From positions 310,001 through 374,000 of the forward strand of contig OZ025710.1 of NCBI GenBank assembly GCA_964019335.1: DNA of 64,000 nucleotides, in the 5' to 3' direction. The position numbers and the translations under genes were made by a program. The stretch comes from Diplonema japonicum. Taxonomy: Eukaryota > Protista > Euglenozoa: Diplonemea. Below, piece after piece: positions 22,745 through 32,770 of this stretch; the first letter of the stretch is position 1, and each line of letters starts with the position of its first letter. Under the pieces are notes generated by a model, which saw nothing but the letters and a program-made list of their open reading frames with translations, searched no databases and was not told the DNA's origin.

Positions 22745-25316
22745 ATGACCGGCCAGACCACACAAAATCTTATTGAGTCCTTACAACTGAGTCCTGAGCA
22801 TCCCTCACCACCACCTTCACCTTCCGAAAACACGAGCTGCAAGACAAATCGAGACAAGGAAATGCCTTGCCTACTAGCTGATCCTATGGGCAGTATTCAA
22901 GTGCAGCAAGTCACACCACCGAGATCCCCTCCAAGGGGAGATGCTACCGCTGTGAGAGGAAACGCGGACTTGGGCTTTTTAAGGCTACCATCGGGTGATA
23001 TAAGGCCGAACTCCGCACCGGCTGTGATCGCGAGTATGAGTTGTTTTCATTTTCATTACATTTAATCTCATTACAGAACTACCATTGAAACCCTTAACAG
23101 GCCAGATACAAGATCTGGCAGGCAATGTGAATGGGAGCCCTCAAGCGGGAGGGGAGGCCGATTCAATTTTAGACTCGTATCTAGCACAGTCGGAGAAGGC
23201 TCCGGGAGGCCTGCTTTCAACACCGATACAAGGGTCCTTGGATTTCAACTTTCCAGTTGCCGGAGATTCTGGGGAGCAGCAGTCCTTTGTTTCCATCAGT
23301 CTAGAACAGGAACTGAGGAGAGACGCAGAGGCAAGGGGTAGGTCCCTGTCTCCAACACGGTCCACATTTGAACACGGTGTTCACATAGCACAGGTCTTCG
23401 AGAAACCAGAATGTAATATCATCAACGAGAGCAACCCAGCAGCGCAGGATTCCAATGAAACCAGCGACGATCTGTCGGTATGTATAGCAAAAACAAAAAA
23501 AAAAAGGGAAGAAGAAAAAAAAAAAAATAGAAACTCCGAGTCCAACAGCAGCAGCTTGCCACCCAACTTCGGTTCCTGCAAGAACAGGAATGGGCGATAC
23601 TCGACAAGAGGAGCGGATCGTCACTGGGAGAACAGCAGGGCAAGACGTCGGAGGGGTCGCAAAAAGAGGAAGAGGTGTATTTACAGGTAATTGAAATTGA
23701 GGGTAAAAAGAGAAAAAAAAACATAACGCACCGCAGGGCGTGGGGGAACGTGGGGGACCGATGACAGCATCATCTCCAGGGACGAGCCTGAACACCACCC
23801 CCTCTACACTTCCTTCTTCAGCGCCGATGGACTCCAAGCCCCCCCCAGCACTGAACCCACCGTTGTTGTCGCCAAGTGTGGTATGAGTATTTAAAAAAGA
23901 AGTTTTTAAAAAAAAAAAAGCTTGATTTGAACAAAAATCCGTACCCTCCTGGGCAGAGGTTGGACACGTTTGTGGGGCACATCGGGCTGGTTGCCAAAGA
24001 CCAACATGGGTTTGAGGAAACAACTTACTTTTTTTTTTTCTAAAAAAAAAAAAAATTCCCCCCCCAGATGCCGATTCCTGCAGAAGCTATGCGAGGAAGG
24101 CAACCAACGGGAAATCGCCATCATCTTCGACGAAGTGGTACCCTTAACGGGCGAGCTCATGGTCGATCCATTCGGGAACTACCTCATGCAGAGGTTGTGC
24201 GAGTACTGCTCGGAGACACAACGAACAGTGTTAATACAGAAAGTGACAGGAGAAATACCAGGGGTGAGCGCGAACATGCACGGGACAAGGGCGGTACAGA
24301 AAGTAGTGGACCATCTCCGCACACCCCAACACGTAGCCATTATGCGAGACGCCCTGTCAAAACACACTGTGACGATGGTGAAAGACCTCAACGGCAACCA
24401 CGTCATTCAGAAATGTCTGCAGAAGTTCGACTCTGCCAACAAACAGTTCATCTATGACGCCGTGACCAAGCAGCTACAGGACGTAGCAATGCACCGGCAT
24501 GGGTGCTGTGTTCTACAAAGATGCATCGATTTTGGAGCACCCGAACAAAAGATGCAGCTTGCAACTGAGGTAGTTGCCAATGCATTGATACTTGTGCAGG
24601 ACCCTTATGGCAACTATGTGGTGCAGTATGTGCTGGATATGGATGTCCCGGTGATTACGAAGAAAATGATTTCTAATTTCTGTGGGTCGTTGTGCGATCT
24701 TGCGATGAACAAGTTCTCCTCAAATGTCATTGAAAAGTGTATCAAGCTGGCCACACCCGACGCAAGGGCACCGCTTCTTGATGAGCTCTGCGACCCCACC
24801 GTGCTTCCCCGTATGCTTCAAGACCAGTTCGCGAATTACGTGGTTCAAACAGCATTGACAAAGGCTACTCCACATGAATTTAACATGTTGTGCCATGCCA
24901 TTAGACCCTTCTTGCATGTTATCAGGAACACACCACATGGGAAGCGTATTGAAATGAAGATCAACAGAAAACCTGAGCCGCCCACATCTCCCGGCACCAT
25001 GCCCTTGAAAAACCCTTCTCGAGGTGGGGGAGGGTCTCGAGGATCGCCTCTTTCCGCACCTAGCAACACCATACAGTACATTGCCGAGAAGGACCCTCGA
25101 GGGGAAAAGCGGGGTGCTGGGTACACACAAGGAAACCAGAATTGGAACTCTTCTGGCCCACCACCTGTGTCGGCTTACAATAACAATATTCCTAACATTG
25201 TTGCGCACCAACAAGCAAGGCCACCACGCAGACAGAGGTTAAGAGCTGACGCCCCTGCTTATGCTCCCAGAAAGTTAGAACTACATGCAGGTGTCCCACC
25301 TACAGCTCAGTGGTAA
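22745..25316 (+). CDS. Pumilio/PUF RNA-binding protein (Puf4/Mpt5-like repeat code), ~775 aa; exons 22745-23033, 23077-23477, 23531-23686, 23737-23880, 23921-24009, 24068-25316
   Basis: Eight PUF repeats after splicing: KDQHG|CRFLQK, DPFGNYLMQ, MHGTRAVQK, LNGNHVIQK, HRHGCCVLQR, DPYGNYVVQ, NKFSSNVIEK, DQFANYVVQ. Five GT-AG introns keep the frame open. The low-complexity N-terminal exons are less certain. Confidence 0.88.
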
Positions 25317-25352
25317 AGAGGGGGGTGATTCTTTTTCCAAAGAATTGAAGGG

Positions 25353-25353
<1 letters not shown>

Positions 25354-25396
<43 letters not shown>
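25354..25396 (+). repeat. Poly(T) tract, 43 nt, downstream of the PUF stop
   Basis: Uninterrupted T run. Confidence 0.9.
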
Positions 25397-25398
<2 letters not shown>

Positions 25399-26521
25399 TG
25401 TACCATCATCCACTTCTCTTCCCACTTCTGCCTCTCTCTCTCCTCATTTTTGGACGCAGCCATTTGAGGGGAGGGTTTTTTTTTTTTTTTTTTTTTTCCC
25501 CCTTTTTTTTTTCTTACTCAGAGAATTTAGGGAACCCCCCCGACAACAAAAAAGGATAAAAAAGAAAAGAAAGGGGGGAAAGGAAAAAAGGCGAACAACG
25601 TTTCTTAACAGAAAACAACAATTACAAACACACACCCACGACACACACACAAATGGAGTGATTTGAAAAAAAAAAATGAAAGGGGGGAAAAAAAAGGGAA
25701 ATTAAAATGGCTTCTCCCTACTTCGCCCCGTTTCTGTTTTTATTCTTTTTGTGCTTTTTTTTATTATTTCCCTGCGGTGGGATAGTCGCCAACACTTCTT
25801 TCCCATCATGGCGCATCGTCTCTTCTTTTTTTTTCCCCTTTTTTCTTCTCTCTCTTTTTTTTTTCTTCTTCTCTATTTGTCCGCCCACCGCCCCCATTCA
25901 CCACTTTTTATGGCGAGCAGAACCACTTGTTATTGTAGTTATCAAAAAAAAAGAGGATGTTTGACAGTGGCATATGTGTTACATAGAATCTCTTTTCTCT
26001 GGTAAAAATTTTGTAACTGTTACGCACAAGCAAATGCTAACACGCCTATTTTCTTTTTTTTTATTTATTTTTCTTTTTATTTTACTTTATTTATTTACAT
26101 ACAAATGGAACGAAAAGAAAGAAGAAGCGGAAACAAAAAAAAAAAGAAACAAATACATTTTGCACCCCTTTCCCCCCCCCCTTTTTATTTTTATTCCTCT
26201 CTATTCTTCCTCTCATCATGCTTTTTTTCTTCTTCTTTTTTTTTTTTCCACTCCATTGTCGGCCCAAACACCCTCTGGTGAAGAAGGGGAAGAAAAAAGA
26301 GGAAAAAAACGGCAAACTCTGTGCAGGGGAAAGTTGGATTTTTTTTTAGAAAAAAAAAAAAAGAAAAAAAAGAAACATAATTTTTTTTCCACCTTTTTTT
26401 TTTTTTTTTTTTTTCCCTTCAAAGCACCTTTTTTTTTTTTTTTTTTTTTTTTTTTTGCCCTCCCACTGCTTTTCTCATACAATACAAAAAAAAAAGGGGG
26501 ATTTTTAGGGGGGAAAAAAAA

Positions 26522-28009
26522 ATGCCCTTAAAACCTGGTAATAGACTGTTATATCGTGGTGTGACGAGGGTGAATGTGGTAAAAGAAAATTGGAAGGCAG
26601 CGGCAAGACGAAATGATTTGTACGGGCTAAGGGGTCGAAAAGCAGCGGAAAAAAAAGAATATGAAGCACCGCAAACACAAAAGAGCGTTTGGGGAGGTGA
26701 GTTCAAAGTGACGAAAAAACTAATGCAGTTCGACAGCAAACCAAAAGGCGTGATAAACACACAGATGGAGAGGAACACCAGAATTGAAGACTTAAACAAA
26801 GGCGGGTTCCAAGACAGCATCCACATAAATAAAAATAAAACACCCGAACAACAAACTATCAAAGCGAACCTGGCAAAGGACGCAGCGAGAAGGGTACGGG
26901 AATTCCTATTCAAAAACATCGAAAAAAACGAAGGCGCGCCGCCTGTGTCCGACATGTTATGCGAGCTCATCCTCAATCACACAGACAAGTCAAAACCAGA
27001 TGTGATACAGTCTATCAAAGCTGCGAACCACGAGATCCCTCTTGCCCTCTACCACCTTGACCAAGAACATCCTCGGCAACCACACTCCGGTGTTGTATCC
27101 GCAGAGATAATCCAGGACTATGGAGGTGCCGTGATCCGATTGGAGTGCGAGACAGTGGAACGATCACTCGGCGAAGGTTTCTTAAGACTGGCAAAACGGA
27201 TTTCAAGAACGGCAGCCATGCTACCCATGAACACACCCCCAGACAAGGTTCTTCAAGAGCTTCTGACCACCCAGCTGACGGACTCCGATGTTTATGTGTG
27301 CGATGAACTGATCAAAGCCTCAACATCGTGGGGTGAAACCGTTACCGTAACATCAGCCTCGCTGGTCCCTTCGCCTGAAGGGTCTCTGTTTGGGTGGTAT
27401 GTACACAACCCAAGGGATCTCTATCCTGGACAGGGTGCTGGCATTGCATTTGTGACGTTCTTGCTGTCCGACTCCGACACACAGCTCCTCGAACCCGAGT
27501 GGATGCAACGGCTGCAGGACACTATCCCCGCACGGCTTGCCGAGCACTGTCTGTTGGAACCGTTGTATCGAAACAAAGGCGGGAGGATACTCAAACAGAC
27601 GCTTGTATCGCCTCTCACACCAGCGGAGCACCGTAGGTACCCCACCTACACCCCTACCGTGTACGACTGGCTGGAGGATGAGATGTACCGTGCCAGGGTA
27701 ACTGCGTCGCGGTTCGGGCTTGTTTCCACGGTGCTCTCTCCTAACCCTGCGACGCGTACCTGGGTATCACTGTCCGCCGAGGCGCATCGTTACGATAAGT
27801 TCAGCTCTCGTACAGACCCACCACCGGCAGCAGACGGCAGTAGGAACATGCAGGCGGAAAACACCCGTATCAAAGCCGACCACAAAGAAGAGGAGCTGTG
27901 GTTCAACGAACCCGGACAGATGACAGAAACCGAGCTTCAGGAGGAGCAGAAAAACTCAAACGACGATGGGTTTGAGACAGACGACGAGCTGATGCGGAAG
28001 GGCGTGTAG
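26522..28009 (+). CDS. Divergent elongation factor Ts (EF-Ts)-like protein, probably mitochondrial, 495 aa
   Basis: EF-Ts landmarks in order: UBA-like helix bundle (LILNHT..SIKAANHEIPLALYHL), GVV..GAVIRLECET..F..LA, WGETVTV, FGWYVHN, LAEHCL, ILKQTLV, TVYDWL; basic N-terminus. Confidence 0.65.
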   Translation: MPLKPGNRLLYRGVTRVNVVKENWKAAARRNDLYGLRGRKAAEKKEYEAPQTQKSVWGGEFKVTKKLMQFDSKPKGVINTQMERNTRIEDLNKGGFQDSIHINKNKTPEQQTIKANLAKDAARRVREFLFKNIEKNEGAPPVSDMLCELILNHTDKSKPDVIQSIKAANHEIPLALYHLDQEHPRQPHSGVVSAEIIQDYGGAVIRLECETVERSLGEGFLRLAKRISRTAAMLPMNTPPDKVLQELLTTQLTDSDVYVCDELIKASTSWGETVTVTSASLVPSPEGSLFGWYVHNPRDLYPGQGAGIAFVTFLLSDSDTQLLEPEWMQRLQDTIPARLAEHCLLEPLYRNKGGRILKQTLVSPLTPAEHRRYPTYTPTVYDWLEDEMYRARVTASRFGLVSTVLSPNPATRTWVSLSAEAHRYDKFSSRTDPPPAADGSRNMQAENTRIKADHKEEELWFNEPGQMTETELQEEQKNSNDDGFETDDELMRKGV

Positions 28010-28083
28010 TCCCCCCTCATTCCCCCCCCCCCTGTATCTACATTTTTAAACCTCCCATCAATACTAAAGAAGGGGGGTTAGCC

Positions 28084-30417
28084 ATGGACGCTGCAGTGGG
28101 GGGTCTGTTGGGCCTCCTAGAGGCACAGTCACGTGACACAGAGTCTTTCAGTCACATGGCAAAACTGATAGAAGCAAAATTGGGTGACGCTGGGATCATC
28201 CTAAGAAGGATACTGGCTCATGAAGAGGTCATGCAGCGCATGGAAGCGGTCAAGAACGAAAGGCCTGTGCGGAGGATCATGACCCCGCGTTACACAGAGC
28301 GCACACCAGAACTCCGTACGGTGCAAGAATCGGATTCTTTATCAGAAGGGACATCTGTCACAGCGTCGCCTTCTTCACAAGAAAGCGATGTTGGGAGTGA
28401 CACCTATGCTACGACAGCTACAGTGCCCAGTCCTATGGCAGCAACGTCACCGAGAACTGAACGGAGCCACCCCGTCGCAATGGGGTATCTGGCGAAGACT
28501 ACTCCAGCACGACGGCAGTCTTCCCCGCCCGTGATGTCTTCGTTGGGAGGGTTCTTTGCTCTGACGATCGACGGGCCCATGGAACCGCCATCCCCACCCC
28601 CTGCTGAGAGCCTTGCCACCACAGCTCGGAAATTTTCTTCATCAGGAATGTTGAAGGTCTCCGAGATGACACAGCGCGAATCCTCATATTCAATTAAAAA
28701 GGTTATGACAGCAACGGAGTCGGATTCATGGGAAGACAGCACGCAAGCAGTCGAGATAACATTCCCTGAGGAATACACCCCTGGTGAGGATCAAAGTGGA
28801 GGGGATAAGCATGTGGAGCATGATTTGTTCGCAGCGGCTGAGGAGTATGCTGATGATGAAATCGTGACGGTGGAAAGTGAAGTGGTGGCCCCCACCCCGC
28901 CGCCATTCGTGGAGACAAAGGAGATAGGTGTTATGGTGGATTCAGAGTTTTTACAGCTGGCCGAGTTCCGGTTTGGGGACAGCACAGGGGCTCCGCCGCC
29001 GCCACCGCCACAACCTCAAGTTGTGCAGCATTATGCACACCTACCACCGAACCCCTCTCCGCCTCCGTTGGAGACAACCTCGAGTCCTGATGTGTTGGTT
29101 TGTAGGTTGGTGTCGACAAGCGGAGCGTCTGGAAGCTCAGCAACAAACCCACCACCGCTGTCTCTTGCACCACCGTCGCCTTCGAATGATGCTGGGACAG
29201 ACAGAGAGGGGGGCGGGTCTCCGTTCCATTCACTGGTGTCGAAGAGGCGGCACTCCACGCAGTCGCCCTCCATGTTCGGGTACCGCAAGCAGACCACCAT
29301 TGCAAAGAACGTCGAGGTGTACAGCCCGTCCAGCAGCTCGCCTGCTCTGTCACCTACCGCGGACGATCCTAAGAAGCTGCGAGGGTCCTTGAAGCGGATC
29401 GACGCCTCGCGAAGGTACTCCACCGTGCACACAGACGACATCATGTTGGCGTTGAAGGAGAAGGCGGAACGTGCGAACAACGAGAAGCGAAAGGCAAGAA
29501 TCGAGAAAATCTCGAGGAAGGAGTCCAGCCACCGCGAGTCAGTAGAAAGCCTCGAACATACAGAAGGCGTCAATCTGTCCATAGTCAACGAAACACTGCT
29601 TGTCAGCGTGCAAGAGGAATATGACAGAATGGTCCTGCACAAACAGTTTGAAAACCCAGACTGGTGGAGCGAAGCGAGGTACCTTGAAAAAACCGACAGA
29701 AAAATCTGGGGCGGGGTGTATCCCAAAAGGGTTGTTGAGTATGAACGCCTGAAGCGGGGCGAATCAGAAGACAGGAGGAAGCTCGCTGACAACTTCAAGG
29801 TGATGCACCAAGCCATCCAATCATCGAAATACGAAACCACATTAACAACTGTGTCAGGCACAACACGAAGCACGACAGATTTAGTTGCATCCCCTGACCT
29901 GTCTGTGTACTATGGGGACACAGCGTTGAATGCGGCTAAACTTGTCGACGAAGTGTTGAAATCCCGTACGTGGAAGAAAAAAACAGATGCTCGCAAAGAT
30001 CCTCCAAAACCTTTCTATGTGAACCACAGTACAAAAGAACGTGTTTGGGACTTGAAGAGACATTTATGTGGGTTGAAGCAAGTTGAGTACCGTTCCAACC
30101 CACCTTTTTCGCACATTTATACCGCGTATTGTAAACGGTGCAAATTGTACTGGGAAGGAATCCCTAATAGATGGCGGTGCGACACCTGCTCCGCCGAGCT
30201 GTGGCAGCCCTCCTCCCATGACAACCTTGCCTCTAGGTACTGTGCTGCGTGTAAGCAGGACATCTCACGGAACCCGCCGTCGCACAGCGTCAACTGTAAG
30301 ATCTGCGGGCGGATATGTTGTAAGTCTTGCACGGCCACTGAGATCCCCCTTCCGCGTCTGGGGTATTCTGGTAAGACCCTTCTACCAGTGTGCACCGAAT
30401 GCCTTGGTGCTGGGTAG
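28084..30417 (+). CDS. Low-complexity protein with WW-like motif and C-terminal FYVE-like zinc finger, 777 aa
   Basis: WKKK..PFYVNHSTKERVWD (WW-like); CKRC..CDTC; WQPS..CAAC..CKICGRICCKSC..PVCTEC. Confidence 0.75.
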   Translation: MDAAVGGLLGLLEAQSRDTESFSHMAKLIEAKLGDAGIILRRILAHEEVMQRMEAVKNERPVRRIMTPRYTERTPELRTVQESDSLSEGTSVTASPSSQESDVGSDTYATTATVPSPMAATSPRTERSHPVAMGYLAKTTPARRQSSPPVMSSLGGFFALTIDGPMEPPSPPPAESLATTARKFSSSGMLKVSEMTQRESSYSIKKVMTATESDSWEDSTQAVEITFPEEYTPGEDQSGGDKHVEHDLFAAAEEYADDEIVTVESEVVAPTPPPFVETKEIGVMVDSEFLQLAEFRFGDSTGAPPPPPPQPQVVQHYAHLPPNPSPPPLETTSSPDVLVCRLVSTSGASGSSATNPPPLSLAPPSPSNDAGTDREGGGSPFHSLVSKRRHSTQSPSMFGYRKQTTIAKNVEVYSPSSSSPALSPTADDPKKLRGSLKRIDASRRYSTVHTDDIMLALKEKAERANNEKRKARIEKISRKESSHRESVESLEHTEGVNLSIVNETLLVSVQEEYDRMVLHKQFENPDWWSEARYLEKTDRKIWGGVYPKRVVEYERLKRGESEDRRKLADNFKVMHQAIQSSKYETTLTTVSGTTRSTTDLVASPDLSVYYGDTALNAAKLVDEVLKSRTWKKKTDARKDPPKPFYVNHSTKERVWDLKRHLCGLKQVEYRSNPPFSHIYTAYCKRCKLYWEGIPNRWRCDTCSAELWQPSSHDNLASRYCAACKQDISRNPPSHSVNCKICGRICCKSCTATEIPLPRLGYSGKTLLPVCTECLGAG

Positions 30418-30535
30418 AGAGTTCTTTCATGTAGATTTATTTATTTATTCCCCTCCCCCCTCGAAGACCTTGGGGAAAAAAAAATGGAAAAAAAAGGGGA
30501 GGAGGGAAGAGGGAAAAAAAAAAAAAAAAAAAAAA

Positions 30536-30932
30536 ATGTTGCGTCACGGAATGCGTGGCATGGCACGCGCTGCCAGGAACAATGTGTTCAGTGGTGTGTA
30601 CAGGGAGGGAAAGGGAATGGGGGCATTTTATTTTTTAAAAAAAAATAATAATAATAATAATAATAAAATAAAATAAAAAGGTGGAGCAAACCAGTTGCCG
30701 AGGCATCTTTCGAGGTCGCTCCTTCCTGTGCAGACTAGGGCCGTGGGGTCATTGGTTATTGGTATGCATTAAGGGAAGAAGAAGGAAGAAAAAAAAAAAA
30801 ATACACCCAGGTTCCTCTCAGCCGGGGATCACGATTGCCGCACCTGAGGGCGATTTGGAGGTGGTGTCCCCCCTTCTTATGGACCTTTGGTATGCCAGCT
30901 TTATTCCTACCTCCCTTGTGGTCATTAGATGA
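30536..30932 (+). CDS. Small hypothetical protein, 86 aa, putative mitochondrial presequence; exons 30536-30593, 30681-30761, 30811-30932
   Basis: A-tract-preceded ATG and two GT-AG introns give MLRHGMRGMARAARNNVFSGGANQLPRHLSRSLLPVQTRAVGSLVIGSSQPGITIAAPEGDLEVVSPLLMDLWYASFIPTSLVVIR*; Arg-rich, acid-free N-terminus. Confidence 0.7.
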
Positions 30933-31038
30933 GAGGGGAGAAAAAAAAAAGAAAGAGTGAGAGAGAGAGAGAGAGAGAGACTATCCTTTTTTTTTTTTGT
31001 ATTTGTTTTGCTTTTTCTCCTTTCTTTTTCTTTTTTTC

Positions 31039-31082
31039 AGGCGTCCTGCCACATACCGCAGGTACCCTTAAATGTCTCTTTT
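31039..31082 (+). repeat. 44-nt dispersed hairpin element, copy 1 (AGGCGTCCTGCCACATACCGCAGGTACCCTTAAATGTCTCTTTT)
   Basis: Exact match to 46325-46368; follows a long pyrimidine tract. Confidence 0.9.
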
Positions 31083-32363
31083 CTTTTTTTTTTTTTTTTT
31101 TGCTTTATTTTTATCTTCTTTCTTTTTTATAAAAAAATAACAGGGGGTTAACAGGGCAGTGTACACTGGTCACTAGTTGTCTAATCGATAGGATTACTTG
31201 CTAATTGTCTTAAAAAGAGAAAGAAAGAAAAAAAAATATTTTGGAAAAAAAATAAAAAAAAGGATTGTATAGTTAATATTTTTTTTGGGGGGAGAAGAAT
31301 AAAACAATAAAAAGGAATCCTTTGTAGAAGAGAGAAAAAAAAAAGAGAAGAAAGGGAGAGAGAGGGAAAGGAAAGAGAAATAGACCCCCCCCCCCCTTTC
31401 GTCTTTCACATGTGTCTGTAAACCAAATAAATAAATAAATAAACAGGGGAATGGACATTCTGATGTTGCGTGAAGATGAGAGGACATCCTTCTTTTTTTT
31501 TGACGAAACAAAGAAAAAATGAAGAAAATAAAATAAAAGGGAATCATGAACCCTCTCTCTCTCTAACTCTCTATTCCCGTTTTTTTTTTCTCTTCTTTCG
31601 GACCCTTTCCTTTCAATTTAAATGAAAAAAAAAACACAAATCTACAGCGATTTTTCATTTGCAAGCCTAGGCATCAGAAGCCGCCAGTGAAGTTAAAATA
31701 CTCAGAAAAAAAAAGAAAGAAAGAGGCGATATTTTTTTTCTCTCTATGTCTCTCACTCTTATCTCTTTTCTCTTCTTTTTTTCACCCCTCTCAATTTTTT
31801 TTTCAAAAAAAAAAATATTAATAAAAAATTACAGCCAAATTATCTCCCTCCAGAGTACGATGCTAAGCCTATCTGAGGTTGATTGACTTAAAAAAATTTA
31901 AAAAAAAAAAGAAGAGTGAAATAGAGAGAAAAGGAAGGAAAAAAAGGGAAAGATTGAAAAAAAAAAGAAGAAAATAAAAGAAAGAGGTATCGAAATGTAT
32001 CTGAGGATATACGTATCGAGAATGAAAAAGAAAGAAAAAAAGAAACAGAAGCTCCCCATAAGAGACCGCTGCTGCTTGTCTTGTCCAAAAAAAAAAAAAA
32101 ATCTATTTTTTTTTACCCCCACTCCATTGTTCACCCAACCTACCGCATCATATATTTTTTTTTCTTCTTTCGCACGAAATTTTTTAATTTTGGTCATTCC
32201 TCTTTTTTTTTTTTTTTTTTTTTACCCCCGTGTTTCTTTTCCCCCCCTCCTTTTTTTTTCACCTGCTTTTTTATAAAAACGAAAAAAAAAAAAAAATGTA
32301 TCGAAAAAAAGGGTGTGATTTTTATGATCATCTTCCCTCCTAAAAAATAAAATAAAAAAAAAA

Positions 32364-32669
32364 ATGAACCCCCCCGAGCGTGCACAGGCGATTCTAGAGC
32401 TTTCATCCCTCCTTAGCAGGTATAAGGAGGGTCTAAGACAATGGGGGGAAGGCACAAATTTGGTTCTAGACTGCGAAAAAACTGCAGCGGCCCAGCGAGA
32501 AGCACTCTACGGAGTGCGCACGGAGGACGCAACAACAGAATACTGTGAGAAAGCAACCATCGAAAAAAAACCCGAAGGCGCGAAAACACCCGAAGGGTAC
32601 ACCGAGGTACGGATGAGTTTTGCAGCGATAACACCGAAAGAAAAACTGAAATGGCACATCGTGATATAA
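32364..32669 (+). CDS. Small hypothetical protein, 101 aa
   Basis: A-tract-preceded ATG; coding-like composition between homopolymer spacers; no recognisable domain. Confidence 0.6.
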   Translation: MNPPERAQAILELSSLLSRYKEGLRQWGEGTNLVLDCEKTAAAQREALYGVRTEDATTEYCEKATIEKKPEGAKTPEGYTEVRMSFAAITPKEKLKWHIVI

Positions 32670-32770
32670 AAGAATACATACTTTATTTTTTTTTTTTTTT
32701 GTTTTTTTTTTAAATAAAAAAAAAAACCATAAATCCCACCCAGGGGAAAAAAAAAAAAAAAAAAAAAAAA

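Noticed and set aside
25444-26531. Numerous F/K-rich short ORFs in spacers (also 30929-32350, 39028-39745, 46323-46767, 52160-52808, 53565-53988)
   Set aside because: Homopolymer artefacts.
31039-31082. 44-nt element as SL RNA, U snRNA, HDV/hammerhead ribozyme, riboswitch or CRISPR repeat
   Set aside because: Lacks the euglenozoan SL sequence and the catalytic or aptamer cores I know; only two copies, 15 kb apart, with no array.
31447-32023. Box C/D snoRNA calls based on CTGA boxes
   Set aside because: No convincing RTGATGA C box and no rRNA complement I can recognise; left as an unresolved finding.
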